Shown: positions 9,738 through 19,527, numbered from the stretch's first letter. The stretch: 64,000 nucleotides of DNA from an uncultured Gammaproteobacteria bacterium (GCA_963731035.1 CAVSUY010000027.1:265803-329802), one strand, 5' to 3'. Made by a program: numbers and translations. The notes: generated by a model from the letters alone, not told the origin.

Positions 9738-11379
9738 GTGAAGACAAAGCTGCGTGCCGCGAGTTCCGGGATCGCCAGTCCCGTGGGGCAGACCGATATT
9801 GAAGCATCGCCCTCGCGCCCGCACAATCCAGAGCATGGCAATTTGCGTGAAATACCTCCGACGGGGCGCTTGTTGAGCACAGACAGCACCCAATCCGCGT
9901 CGGCCGTTCCGCGGCTTGAGAGCACCTACGCCCGTCTGCCGGAGCAGTTCTATGCCAGGCTGGGACCGACAGGCATGCCGGAACCCTCGCTGGCCCGCCT
10001 GAACCGGCCCCTGGCCGAACAGCTGGGGCTGGATCCCGATTGGCTCATGACCTCCGAAGGCGTCGAGTTTCTTGCCGGCAAGCGGGTTGCCGACGGCGCC
10101 GAGCCCTTGGCCATGGCCTATGCCGGCCACCAGTTCGGGCAGTTCGTGCCCAGCCTCGGAGACGGTCGCGCCCTGCTTCTGGGCGAGCTCGTCGGGGCCG
10201 ACGGCGTGCGGCGCGATATCCACCTCAAGGGATCGGGCCGCACCCCATTCTCCCGTTCCGGGGACGGCCGCGCGCCACTCGGTCCGGTGTTGCGGGAGTA
10301 TATCCTCGGGGAAGCTATGGCGGCGCTCGGTGTCCCGACGACGCGCGCCCTGGCCGTAGTCACCACCGGGGAGCGCCTGTTCCGAGAACGTATGGAGCCC
10401 GGCGCGATCCTCGCCCGGGTGGCCACCAGTCACGTCCGCGTCGGCACTTTCGAGTATTTCTACCGCCGCGGGGATCTCGACTCCGTGCGCATCCTCTCGG
10501 ACTACGTCATAGAGCGCCACTATCCGTACTGTCGCGAGGCCGACAATCCCTACCGGGCGCTGCTGGACGAAATCGTCACGCGCCAGGCAGACCTGCTTTC
10601 GCAATGGATGCTGCTGGGCTTCATCCACGGCGTGATGAATACAGACAATATGTCGGTCTGCGGCGAAACCATCGACTATGGGCCGTGCGCATTCATGGAC
10701 ACCTACCGGCCGGACGCCGTCTACAGCTCCATTGACCACGGGGGACGCTACGCCTACAACCAGCAGCCACGCATCGCCTTCTGGAACCTGACGCAACTCG
10801 CCCAGTGCCTGCTGCTCGCTGTTCGACGACGATGAGGACAAGGCTCTGAGTTGCGCCCGAGAGACCCTCGAGACCTACGCCAGCCGGTTCGAAGCGAGTT
10901 ATCACGCCGGAATACGGTCCAAGATCGGCTTGCCCGGAGAACGCGACGACGATACCGACCTGGCACTCGACCTGCTGAACCGGATGAGCGGCGAGCGGGC
11001 CGACTACACCAATACCTTCCGAGGTCTTTGCGAGGTCAACACGAGGGACGCGGCCGCCGACGGACACGTGCGCAGCCTGTTCGAGGATGCGGATGTCTTC
11101 GACGAATGGGCCGCACGATGGCGCAAGCGCCTGTCGGCGGACAATCGTACGCAAGCCGAACGCTGCGCCGCGATGCGCGCCGTGAACCCCGCCTACATCC
11201 CCCGCAACCATCGAGTCCAACAAGCGATCGATGCGGTCGTGCTCGAAGGCGACCCCGCGTCTCTGGAAAACCTGCTCGCGGTAACCGGACGACCGTTCGA
11301 GGACAACGCGCTCCTGTCCGACTACGCCCGGCCACCCCGTCCCGACGAGGCCGTCTTGCGGACTTTCTGCGGTACCTGA
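9738..11379 (+). pseudogene. selO: selO (YdiU/UPF0061 protein adenylyltransferase) interrupted by a +1 frameshift near 10816
   Basis: ORF 9738..10835 carries the SelO N-terminal and catalytic region ([15 protein letters not shown]) and stops at 10833-10835. The C-terminal part, ending RTFCGT, continues in another frame to 11379. Removing one T from ctgctgcTcgctgttc restores [12 protein letters not shown]. The true start is uncertain (GTG at 9738, or TTG at 9870/9873). Confidence 0.8.
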
Positions 11380-11631
11380 AAACATACCTGACGTGCCAAT
11401 CCCGGGACGGCCACCCTTGCGGGCGCCGGGCCTCGATCCATGCGCCAATCCTGTGCACGGCCACGGCCGTCCCGACCCGGGCCGCGACGCTTGCTTGCAT
11501 TCCCTGCCGGTCGGTTGTAATCTACTAAACGTCCGTTTAATAAGAGACCGGTATCACGTCGTCAGTCGTTGCCCCCGAGTCGCGACAAAGGCGTGACACG
11601 ACCGACAACCACACAAAGGGGAGAAATCATC

Positions 11632-13266
11632 ATGACCAATTCGTCGACCCAGTCCGCAGCCGGCCCCGGCGTGTTTTCCCGCAAGGCGTCCGGCCTGCTT
11701 CGCGTCGCCGGGGCCTGGGACACGTTCATCTTCAATATCGGCCTCGTGTCGGTCGGTATCGCCATCGCCCTGAATCAGTACTACGGCCCGAGCCTGTACG
11801 GCGGCGCAGCCCCCTGGTTGTCCACGATCATCGCCGCAGTCGGAATGCTGTTCGCGGCCGGGACCTTCTATCTGTGGTCGGTCACTTTTCCCCGTTCCGG
11901 CGGCGTCTACCTGTCACTCTCTCGCGGCGTGAGTCCAGGGGTCGCCTTCGTGATGACACTGATCGAGACCCTCATCCTCATGTACTATGCCGCGCTCGCC
12001 GCTTCCTTAATCGTCTCCGTCGGGTTGTCGTCGTTCCTGGGGTCCATCGGTCTCGTCGCCGGCAGCGACAGGCTCATCGCCTGGAGCGCCGTAGTAGTAA
12101 CTCCCAATGGCATGTTCATCTGCGGCAGCATCATCCTGCTGCTCGCCGGCATCCTGCTGGCATCCGGTACTCGAAACTACTTCTTCGTTCAACGGATTCT
12201 GTTCGTGGTTGCAGTGATCGGGACCCTGGTGACCATCGGCGTGCTGATGTTCGGCAGCGAAAAGACTTTTCTCGACAATCTTCACAATCTTACCGGGCTC
12301 GATAGCGACACCGTATTTTCGGTGGCCAAGGAAAACGGCTGGGCACCGGCCGAGTTCAGCTGGAGCCAAACCTTCGCCTTCCTGGTGTGGCCGCTGCTGC
12401 CGCTGCTCGGCGCAATCCAGTCCGTCGGCATCGGCGGAGAGATCAAGCGAGTCGACCGCTCACAGCTCTATGGCATGTTCGGCGCCGTACTCACGGCCGC
12501 GGCCCTCATCGCTCTGGTGGGTTATCTGTCCGACCGCACCTTCGGCTACGATTTCCAGGCCGCTCTCGCCTACAACTCCATTCTGGGGAACCTGAATGGG
12601 TCAATCGAGAATGCGGCGGGCGCCGCCCCGTGGTTCACCGTGCTTGCGGGCATCCTCACGGACAGCGTGATACTCACCACCATCGTTATGGCGGCTTTTG
12701 TCGCCTGGATATGGTTCTGGATTCCGGCCGAAATCGCCTATACCACCCGGACCATGCTGGCCTGGTCGTTCGATCGTCTGGCGCCGGACGCCCTGGGGCA
12801 GGTGAGCGAGCGGCTGCACACACCGGTCGTCGCCATAGGGCTGTCCACCGTCATCTCGATCGTGTTCATGGCGCTCATCGCCTATGCCAATATCTCCCTG
12901 CTGACCCTCATTGAAGTGCTTCTGGTCATCTGGGGCCTGTCCATGCTGGCGGCGGTGTTCTTTCCTGTAACCAAACCGGAACTCTTCAAGCTTTCCCCGG
13001 CGTCGCGCGTGCGCTTTGCGGGCATGCCCGTGATGTGCATCACCGGCCTGATCTCCACCGCCTTCTTCGCGGTCGTGATCTGGATGCTTTGGAACGATCC
13101 GAACGCTGCGGGTCCCCTGGTTTCCTCAGCGGGGACCACCCTGGAGTTCTGGATCATTCTCGCCGCCGTTGTCCTCGGCATCATCTGGTATCGGGTGATC
13201 AGGGCCCGGCGGCGCATGGAGGGCATTGATATGGATATTGCATTCCGGCAGCTGCCCATCGAATGA
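11632..13266 (+). CDS. APC-superfamily amino acid/amine permease
   Basis: ATG at 11632 is preceded by aaaggggag. The product is a roughly 544-aa polytopic protein with APC-like topology. It is the first gene of a tightly spaced plus-strand operon. Confidence 0.8.
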   Translation: MTNSSTQSAAGPGVFSRKASGLLRVAGAWDTFIFNIGLVSVGIAIALNQYYGPSLYGGAAPWLSTIIAAVGMLFAAGTFYLWSVTFPRSGGVYLSLSRGVSPGVAFVMTLIETLILMYYAALAASLIVSVGLSSFLGSIGLVAGSDRLIAWSAVVVTPNGMFICGSIILLLAGILLASGTRNYFFVQRILFVVAVIGTLVTIGVLMFGSEKTFLDNLHNLTGLDSDTVFSVAKENGWAPAEFSWSQTFAFLVWPLLPLLGAIQSVGIGGEIKRVDRSQLYGMFGAVLTAAALIALVGYLSDRTFGYDFQAALAYNSILGNLNGSIENAAGAAPWFTVLAGILTDSVILTTIVMAAFVAWIWFWIPAEIAYTTRTMLAWSFDRLAPDALGQVSERLHTPVVAIGLSTVISIVFMALIAYANISLLTLIEVLLVIWGLSMLAAVFFPVTKPELFKLSPASRVRFAGMPVMCITGLISTAFFAVVIWMLWNDPNAAGPLVSSAGTTLEFWIILAAVVLGIIWYRVIRARRRMEGIDMDIAFRQLPIE

Positions 13267-13296
13267 ACCGGCGCCACTACCGGCCACGAGTCTCTC

Positions 13297-14088
13297 TTGC
13301 CCGCGTCAACTGAGGCACCGGATTGGCTGACGGTCCGCGAGGAGGCGCTCGGCCTCGTCATCGCGGCCGCGGAACAGCAACTCATGCTGCGACTCGTCGG
13401 TTCCGTTGGCATACGCCTGCATGCCCCGCACCTGGAGCACTTGATGGAACGGCTGCGTCCGGCGCCCAAGGACCTGGATTTCGTCTGCCGCAAGCAGGAC
13501 CGCAGCGCGCTGCGTACATTGCTCGAGGCACGGGGCTACGAAAACGACCGCAACATGCTGGTGGCCATGGAGGGCCAGCGCTACCTGTTCATCCATAGGG
13601 AAACAGGCCTCAAGCTCGACATATTCGTGGATCAGTTGGACTTCTGTCATCGAATCGATTTGCGTGGCTGCCTGCACAGACACCCGGTCACCATCCCCGT
13701 GGAGCAGCTGATCCTGCACAAGCTCCAGATCGTGGAACTCACCGAGGGTGACCTGATCGATCTCGGCATAATGCTCTCGAGCTTCGCACCGGGGAAGGAG
13801 GGCGACACCGGCGCCTACTCCCTGGATCGGCTCCTCGCGCCACTGGCCGAGACCTGGGGGTTCTGGCGCACCGCGACCGGCAATCTGGACCTCGTACGCG
13901 ATCTGGCAGAGCGCGGCAGCTACCCCGTGCTCGACGAGCATGCCCAGGCGCGCATAGCCGCCCGGGCGAATGCGCTCCTCGAGGCGGCGCACGCCGTGCC
14001 CAAGCGCGTTCCGTGGAAGCTGCGGGCCAGGCTGGGGGAACGCATGCAGTGGTGGCAGGACGTGGACGATCGCGAGGGAACCTACTGA
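13297..14088 (+). CDS. hypothetical protein with a minimal nucleotidyltransferase-fold signature
   Basis: The pattern LVGSVG ... DLDFV ... KLDIFVD fits hG[GS]-x-DhD-x-D of pol-beta-type nucleotidyltransferases. The TTG start is uncertain. Its stop overlaps the next ATG (TGATG at 14086-14090). Confidence 0.45.
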   Translation: MPASTEAPDWLTVREEALGLVIAAAEQQLMLRLVGSVGIRLHAPHLEHLMERLRPAPKDLDFVCRKQDRSALRTLLEARGYENDRNMLVAMEGQRYLFIHRETGLKLDIFVDQLDFCHRIDLRGCLHRHPVTIPVEQLILHKLQIVELTEGDLIDLGIMLSSFAPGKEGDTGAYSLDRLLAPLAETWGFWRTATGNLDLVRDLAERGSYPVLDEHAQARIAARANALLEAAHAVPKRVPWKLRARLGERMQWWQDVDDREGTY

Positions 14089-15092
14089 TGGCGCTCCTCG
14101 ACCTCCTCAGGAATAGAAGCGCGCCGCAACGCCCCGCCGGAGCGCGAACCTTGTTCTTCGCCACTGACTTCCACGGCTCCGAGATCTGTTTTCGCAAGTT
14201 TCTCAACGCGGCGGGGGTTTACGGCGCCGACCTCCTTATCATGGGTGGAGACCTGTCCGGGAAGCTCGTGATCCCTGTCGTGAACAAAGGCGCCGGATCT
14301 TACGAGGCAAGCCGCCACGGCGAAACCCGCCTGATCGATGCGGCCGACCTGCCCGATTTCGAAAAAGAAATCCGCAACCAGGGCTTCTACCCCTGGCATC
14401 TCGAGGCCGACGAGTTGGAGCACTATCGAACCCATCCGGACGAGGTGGAACGGCTCTTCGAGCAAGCGATCGTCGACACCGTGCAGCGGTGGATCGATCT
14501 CACCGAGGATAAGTTTCGGGGCAGCGACATGCAGATAGTGTTCGCACCCGGCAACGACGACCCGGAAGTCGTCGATCGGAGCATCGCCGAACGCCGCAGT
14601 GAGCATTTTCGGCTGGTGGAAGGCACCATCATTGAAGTGGCGCCCGGCCACGAGATGCTCTCCACCGGCTACACCAACATAACACCGTGGGGCACGCCGA
14701 GGGAGTATCCCGAGGAAGTTATACGGGACCGTATCGAGCGTATCGCTCAGGGGCTGACCCGTCCAGAGACGGCGATCTTCAATCTCCACGTTCCACCCTA
14801 CGCGTCGCAACTTGATACCGCGCCGCTGGTCAACGTGGACCTTTCCGTGCAGACCTCGATGGGACAACGCATGACAGGGCCGGCGGGATCGACCGCCGTA
14901 CGTGAGGCGCTGGAGAAGTGGCAGCCGCTGCTGAGCCTGCACGGTCATATCCACGAATCCGGCGGCACCGCGCGTATCGGCCGGACCCTGGCAATCAACC
15001 CTGGGTCGGAATACAGCGAAGGCGTGCTTCGCGGCGCGCTCGTCACCATCGGGGATGGGAAGCTCCTTAGCCATCAACTGACAACCGGCTGA
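14088..15092 (+). CDS. calcineurin-like metallophosphoesterase
   Basis: Motifs ATDFHG (DxH), MGGDLSG (GD), APGNDD (GNxD/E) and LHGHIHE (GHxH) appear in canonical order. It is translationally coupled to the upstream ORF. Confidence 0.75.
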   Translation: MALLDLLRNRSAPQRPAGARTLFFATDFHGSEICFRKFLNAAGVYGADLLIMGGDLSGKLVIPVVNKGAGSYEASRHGETRLIDAADLPDFEKEIRNQGFYPWHLEADELEHYRTHPDEVERLFEQAIVDTVQRWIDLTEDKFRGSDMQIVFAPGNDDPEVVDRSIAERRSEHFRLVEGTIIEVAPGHEMLSTGYTNITPWGTPREYPEEVIRDRIERIAQGLTRPETAIFNLHVPPYASQLDTAPLVNVDLSVQTSMGQRMTGPAGSTAVREALEKWQPLLSLHGHIHESGGTARIGRTLAINPGSEYSEGVLRGALVTIGDGKLLSHQLTTG

Positions 15093-15142
15093 CTGCGGCT
15101 CGCCGCTGCGGCCTTTCCTGTAAACAAGAACGGGGAGATTCA

Positions 15143-16504
15143 ATGTCTACAATCGCGGAACTCAAGGAACGTCTTCGCAATGAGGGGGTCCGGTACTTCT
15201 TCGGCGCCTACGTCGACGGCCTTGGTGTACCCAAAGCAAAATGCGTGCCCCTCGAGCATCTGGATGATGCGGTGGGGGGCTCGGAGCTCTACACCGTCGG
15301 CGCGCTGGAAGCCATGGGGGCGCTCGGCCCGAACGAGGACGAATGCGTCGGCCTCCCCGACATGGAAACCACGACGGTCCTGCCGTGGGACAAACGCTAT
15401 GCCCTGGCATTCGCCGACCTCCACTTCCGGGGACAGCCCTATGACCATTGCTCGCGAACCGTTCTGAAGCGGCAGATAGCCGCCGCCCGGGCCATGGGAT
15501 TCGGCGTCAATATGGGAGTCGAGCCCGAGGTATACGTCCTGCGCGAGGAGCCGAATGGCGACTGGTTGCCTTTCGTACCCAACGACGCACTGAACGACCC
15601 CACGCGTGGCTACGACATCGAGACGACGATGCTGGCGGACGGGTTTCTCGAGCCCATGGTGAGATATATGAACGAGCTGGGCTGGGACATCTACTCTTTC
15701 GACCACGAAGGCGGTGACGGGCAGTACGAGTTCGATTTCGGCTACTGCGACATGCTGGCAATGGCTGACCGCATGGTCCTGTTCCGGTTGATGTCCAAGC
15801 ACGTGGCACGGCAACTCGGTTGCACGGCCACTTTCATGCCCAAGCCGTATTCCCGGGCGTTCGGATCCGGCGCCCACTTCAATATCAGTCTCGCCGATGT
15901 TGAAACCGGCCGCAACGCCTTCGAAGCCGTCAGCCGGACCGGCACGGGCGCACTGGGCTACAGCGATATCGCGTACCAGTTCACGGCAGGGGTGCTCAAG
16001 CACGTCGATGCCATTACCGCCATCGTGTGTCCCACGGTGAACTCATACAAGCGCCTCAACCCCCGCGGGTTGATGCGCGAGATGTCCTGGGCGCCGGTCT
16101 ACCAGGCCTTCGGACACAACAATCGCACGCTGGTGTGCCGCCTGCCGATGAACCGCAGCTGCCTCGAGCTCCGCCACGCGGACAGCGCGGTGAACTTTCA
16201 CCTCGGCGCAGCGATCACCCTGGCCGCCGGGCTGCGGGGCATCCGCGACGGCCTCCAGCCCGGCGATCCAGTCGAGTTCAACACTTACGAGAAAAGCGAA
16301 GGCGAGCTCGCGGAACGCGGCATCCGCCGGCTTCCGAGAACTCTGGGCGAAGCCATCGAAGCTTTCGCCAACGACGAATTGGCCCGGGAAACGCTCGGGC
16401 CGGCGTTTCACAAGACATACACCGACTACAAGCGCGCCGAGTGGGACGAGTACTGCGTGGTCGTGGGCGAGTGGGAGCGCGAGCGCTACCTTCATATGTG
16501 GTGA
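15143..16504 (+). CDS. glutamine synthetase-family ATP-dependent amide ligase (gamma-glutamyl-amine synthetase-like)
   Basis: GS catalytic blocks are present: GVEPEVYVL, DHEGGDGQYEFDF, KPYSRAFGSGAHFNISL, NSYKRL and NRTLVCRLP. Confidence 0.85.
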   Translation: MSTIAELKERLRNEGVRYFFGAYVDGLGVPKAKCVPLEHLDDAVGGSELYTVGALEAMGALGPNEDECVGLPDMETTTVLPWDKRYALAFADLHFRGQPYDHCSRTVLKRQIAAARAMGFGVNMGVEPEVYVLREEPNGDWLPFVPNDALNDPTRGYDIETTMLADGFLEPMVRYMNELGWDIYSFDHEGGDGQYEFDFGYCDMLAMADRMVLFRLMSKHVARQLGCTATFMPKPYSRAFGSGAHFNISLADVETGRNAFEAVSRTGTGALGYSDIAYQFTAGVLKHVDAITAIVCPTVNSYKRLNPRGLMREMSWAPVYQAFGHNNRTLVCRLPMNRSCLELRHADSAVNFHLGAAITLAAGLRGIRDGLQPGDPVEFNTYEKSEGELAERGIRRLPRTLGEAIEAFANDELARETLGPAFHKTYTDYKRAEWDEYCVVVGEWERERYLHMW

Positions 16505-16548
16505 TCCCCGTGAACCCCGTCATCTGAATCGAAACCCAGGACCGCACG

Positions 16549-17805
16549 ATGTCTGAATCACCAGCAATGCGCTACCAGGCAAACGCCGAGGCCTTTCGTC
16601 GACTGGACGAAAGCGACCCCATGCTGATCGACGTACGACCCGCCGGCGAGGTCGTTCCGGGCATGACCTCCTCCACCGTCTTGACCAGCGGCCGTCCGAT
16701 GCCCTGGGACCGGTATACCGGCGGCCAACGACGCTCCCTGCTGTACGGCGCGATCTACGAAGGACTCGCCGCCGACGAATCCGAGGCCGAGGCCAGGTTC
16801 GCTTCCGGGGAAATCACCGTCGGAGCCTGCCATGAGCATGGATGCGTCGGCTCCGTCGCGGGCATTTATACGGCGTCGATGCCGGTATTCGTGGTGGAGA
16901 ACCGGACCCACGGCAACCGGGCCTTCTGCAACTTCTATGAAGGCGCCTCGCGGCGGCGGCTCAACTACGGCGCCTACGATGACGACGTGCGCGACGGTCT
17001 CGTCTTTCTGGAGAAGATCGTGGCCCCGGTCATCGAGCGGGCCGTACGCCGGGCCGGCGGCATTCCGCTCAAGCCCATCATGCAGCGAGCCGTCCGCATG
17101 GGCGACGAGCTTCACAGCCGGAATACGGCGGCGACCATTCTGTTCGCCCGCGAGTTGACACCCTATCTCTTCGACCTCTACGGCGAGGACCCCGAACCCG
17201 TGCGCAGGACCTACGACTTTCTGACCGACAACGAGTATTCCTTTCTGCGGCTCTCCATGGCCGCGGCCAAGGCTACGGCGGACGCCGCACACGGAGTGGA
17301 AGGATCCAGCGTGGTTAGCGCCATGACCATCAACTGCCGCGGATTCGCTCTCCGCGTCAGTGGGCTCGACGGGGCCTGGTACGACGGCCCCGCGGCGGTG
17401 GTCGAGGCCCAGCTGTTCGACGGATTCACCAAGGATGATATCGAATGGATCGGTGGTGAGAGCCACATCACCGAGACCATCGGTCTCGGCGGTTTCGCAC
17501 AGGCCGCCGCCTTCGCCTTGCAGCGCTACCAGGGGGGGTCGCCGGAGGCGATGGCCGAGAACAACCGGCGGATGTATGACATCACGGTGGGCGAGAACAG
17601 CACCTTCCAGATCCCCTTCTTCGGCTACCGGGGGACACCCACCGGTATAGACGTATTCAAGGTACTGGAAACGGGAATCACCCCGATGATTGACGGCGGC
17701 ATCGCCGGCCGGGACGGCGGGCAAATCGGCGCCGGTATCCTGAGAGCACCTGTCGAGTGTTTCGAGGCTGCACGAGACGCCTGGAACGCCCGCTACGCCG
17801 GTTAG
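16549..17805 (+). CDS. DUF1116-family protein (YlbE/AllH-like)
   Basis: At 418 aa, the length and blocks (VGACHEHGCVGSVAG, FCNFYEG, MGDELHSRNTAAT) match my recollection of the YlbE/DUF1116 family. No FdrA-like or DUF2877 partner is present in the window. Confidence 0.65.
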   Translation: MSESPAMRYQANAEAFRRLDESDPMLIDVRPAGEVVPGMTSSTVLTSGRPMPWDRYTGGQRRSLLYGAIYEGLAADESEAEARFASGEITVGACHEHGCVGSVAGIYTASMPVFVVENRTHGNRAFCNFYEGASRRRLNYGAYDDDVRDGLVFLEKIVAPVIERAVRRAGGIPLKPIMQRAVRMGDELHSRNTAATILFARELTPYLFDLYGEDPEPVRRTYDFLTDNEYSFLRLSMAAAKATADAAHGVEGSSVVSAMTINCRGFALRVSGLDGAWYDGPAAVVEAQLFDGFTKDDIEWIGGESHITETIGLGGFAQAAAFALQRYQGGSPEAMAENNRRMYDITVGENSTFQIPFFGYRGTPTGIDVFKVLETGITPMIDGGIAGRDGGQIGAGILRAPVECFEAARDAWNARYAG

Positions 17806-17815
17806 AACCTTGGAT

Positions 17816-18535
17816 TCAGCGCTTTCTTGCGGCCGCCAGGCCGATCCGCTTGCCGGGCTGATACCCGAGTTGCTGCCAGAGGATGTCGCGCAGGTTCGCC
17901 ACCAGCACCTTGACGTCGGCATCGGCACGCATCATGGACGCCAGAAAGATACCGTCGAGATGGACCGATACGAACAAGGCCATTTCCTCGGTATCCACCC
18001 GGTGAAACAGCCCGGTGCGGATACCCTCGTCTATGCATTCGGTGAAAAGGTCTGTTTCGCGCTGGTACAGATCCGAAATCAATCGGTCGATCTCTTCGTC
18101 GCGGGCATCGGAGTACGCGTAGTCCACCGAGATCTTCACCAGCTTGACCAGGCTGCGGTAGACGGAAATGTTGATCTCGAACCAGCCCTCGATCAGCTCC
18201 ACGGGGTCGTCCGCCCTGCCGCGAAGCTTCGCATACTCGCCGAGGGCTTCCCGGATCGAGGACTCGATGGCGGCGCGAAACAATCCTTTCTTGCTGCCGA
18301 AGTAGTAGTAGATGAGCGCGATATTGATATCGCAGGCCGTGGCTATATCCCGGATCTTGACGCTCTCGTAGTAGCTCTTCGCGAAGAGATCCAGTGCAAC
18401 GGACAGGATCATGCGCCGGCGTTCATCAGGCGGCCTGCGGCGGCGTCTGGCGGGCGGCTGCTGGGCCTCGGTCCCTGTATCCTCGTCGTCTGGCAAAGTG
18501 GTTTGAGTTCGTTCTGTGACGAATTTGAAGAGCAT
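17816..18535 (-). CDS. TetR/AcrR-family transcriptional regulator
   Basis: N-terminal HTH segment ILSVALDLFAKSYYESVKIRDIATACDINIALIYYYFGSKKGLF. It is divergent from the formamidase gene. Confidence 0.85.
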   Translation of the reverse strand: MLFKFVTERTQTTLPDDEDTGTEAQQPPARRRRRPPDERRRMILSVALDLFAKSYYESVKIRDIATACDINIALIYYYFGSKKGLFRAAIESSIREALGEYAKLRGRADDPVELIEGWFEINISVYRSLVKLVKISVDYAYSDARDEEIDRLISDLYQRETDLFTECIDEGIRTGLFHRVDTEEMALFVSVHLDGIFLASMMRADADVKVLVANLRDILWQQLGYQPGKRIGLAAARKR

Positions 18536-18538
18536 TTT

Positions 18539-18564
18539 AAAGGACCGGTTTCAACCGACCCTTT
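18539..18564. promoter_or_regulatory. imperfect 26-bp palindrome, candidate TetR operator
   Basis: aaaggaccggtttcaaccgacccttt matches its own reverse complement at 10 of 13 half-site positions. It fills most of the 44-bp gap between the TetR and formamidase starts. Confidence 0.3.
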
Positions 18565-18579
18565 CAGCGGCGCGCCGAA

Positions 18580-19527
18580 GTGACCGCAACTCGCCTGAAG
18601 CATACCATACATGCCGAACACCATCACTGGTGGTGGGATCGCGCCATCCCGCCCGTCCTCGAAGTCGAACCCGGAACGGTTATCGATCTGGAGCTCAACG
18701 ATCCGGGAGGGGGTCAGATCGGCCCCGGCTCGTCAACGAGCGAGTTGCTGCAGCTGGACTTCAGCCGCATCAACCCGGTCACCGGTCCGGTATGGATCGA
18801 CGGCGCCGAGCCCGGAGATGCGGTGCACATCGAGCTGCTTTCCGTCGAACCCTGCGGCTGGGGATGGTCGGCGCTGATCCCACGATTCGGTCTGCTCGCG
18901 GATGACTTCCTGGAACCGCATCTCGTGCAATGGCATTACGACCGCGCCGGACAGGTGCCGGCGGCCTTGCAGGGAGCCGGGCGTGTTCCCACGAACCCGA
19001 TGATAGGCTCCCTGGGCCTCGCACCGGGCGCGCCGGGTCCGCACGATATCCTGCCCCCGAGGCGCGTTGGCGGAACCATGGACATCAGGGATATGGTCGC
19101 CGGATCGATCCTCTGCCTTCCCGTGGAGGTAGCGGGAGCCCTCCTGTCCTGTGGCGACGGCCATGCTGCGCAGGGCGACGGCGAGGTGTGCGGCACGGGG
19201 CTGGAAACGGCCCTGAAAGTAAGCCTGCGCGTGAATCTGGAGAAGCATGCCGCGCCGCGCGCACCGAGGTTCTCCGTGCCGGGGCCCGTCACCAGCCATC
19301 TCGACGAGGCCGGTTACGACGTCACCACCGGAGTGGGTCCTGATCTGATGACCGGCGCACGCGACGCCGTGCGCTCAATGATCGACCTGTTGAGTTCGCG
19401 CGAGAAGATGACTCCCGAGGATGCCTACATACTGTGCAGCGTCGCCGGGGACCTGCGCATCAGCGAGATCGTCGATGCGCCGAACTGGATCGTCTCGTTC
19501 TACTTCCCTCGCATCGTCCTCGAATAA
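18580..19527 (+). CDS. acetamidase/formamidase (FmdA_AmdA) family amidohydrolase
   Basis: 315 aa, GTG start. The blocks GPVWIDGAEPGD, GGTMDIRD and HAAQGDGEVCGTG(L)E are typical of the family. Confidence 0.8.
   Translation: MTATRLKHTIHAEHHHWWWDRAIPPVLEVEPGTVIDLELNDPGGGQIGPGSSTSELLQLDFSRINPVTGPVWIDGAEPGDAVHIELLSVEPCGWGWSALIPRFGLLADDFLEPHLVQWHYDRAGQVPAALQGAGRVPTNPMIGSLGLAPGAPGPHDILPPRRVGGTMDIRDMVAGSILCLPVEVAGALLSCGDGHAAQGDGEVCGTGLETALKVSLRVNLEKHAAPRAPRFSVPGPVTSHLDEAGYDVTTGVGPDLMTGARDAVRSMIDLLSSREKMTPEDAYILCSVAGDLRISEIVDAPNWIVSFYFPRIVLE

Noticed and set aside
16558-17928. 456-aa ORF antisense to the DUF1116 gene
   Set aside because: It is Arg/Gly/Pro/Ala-rich with no motifs, typical of a shadow ORF in high-GC DNA. 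The opposite strand encodes a recognisable family with proper spacing in an operon.
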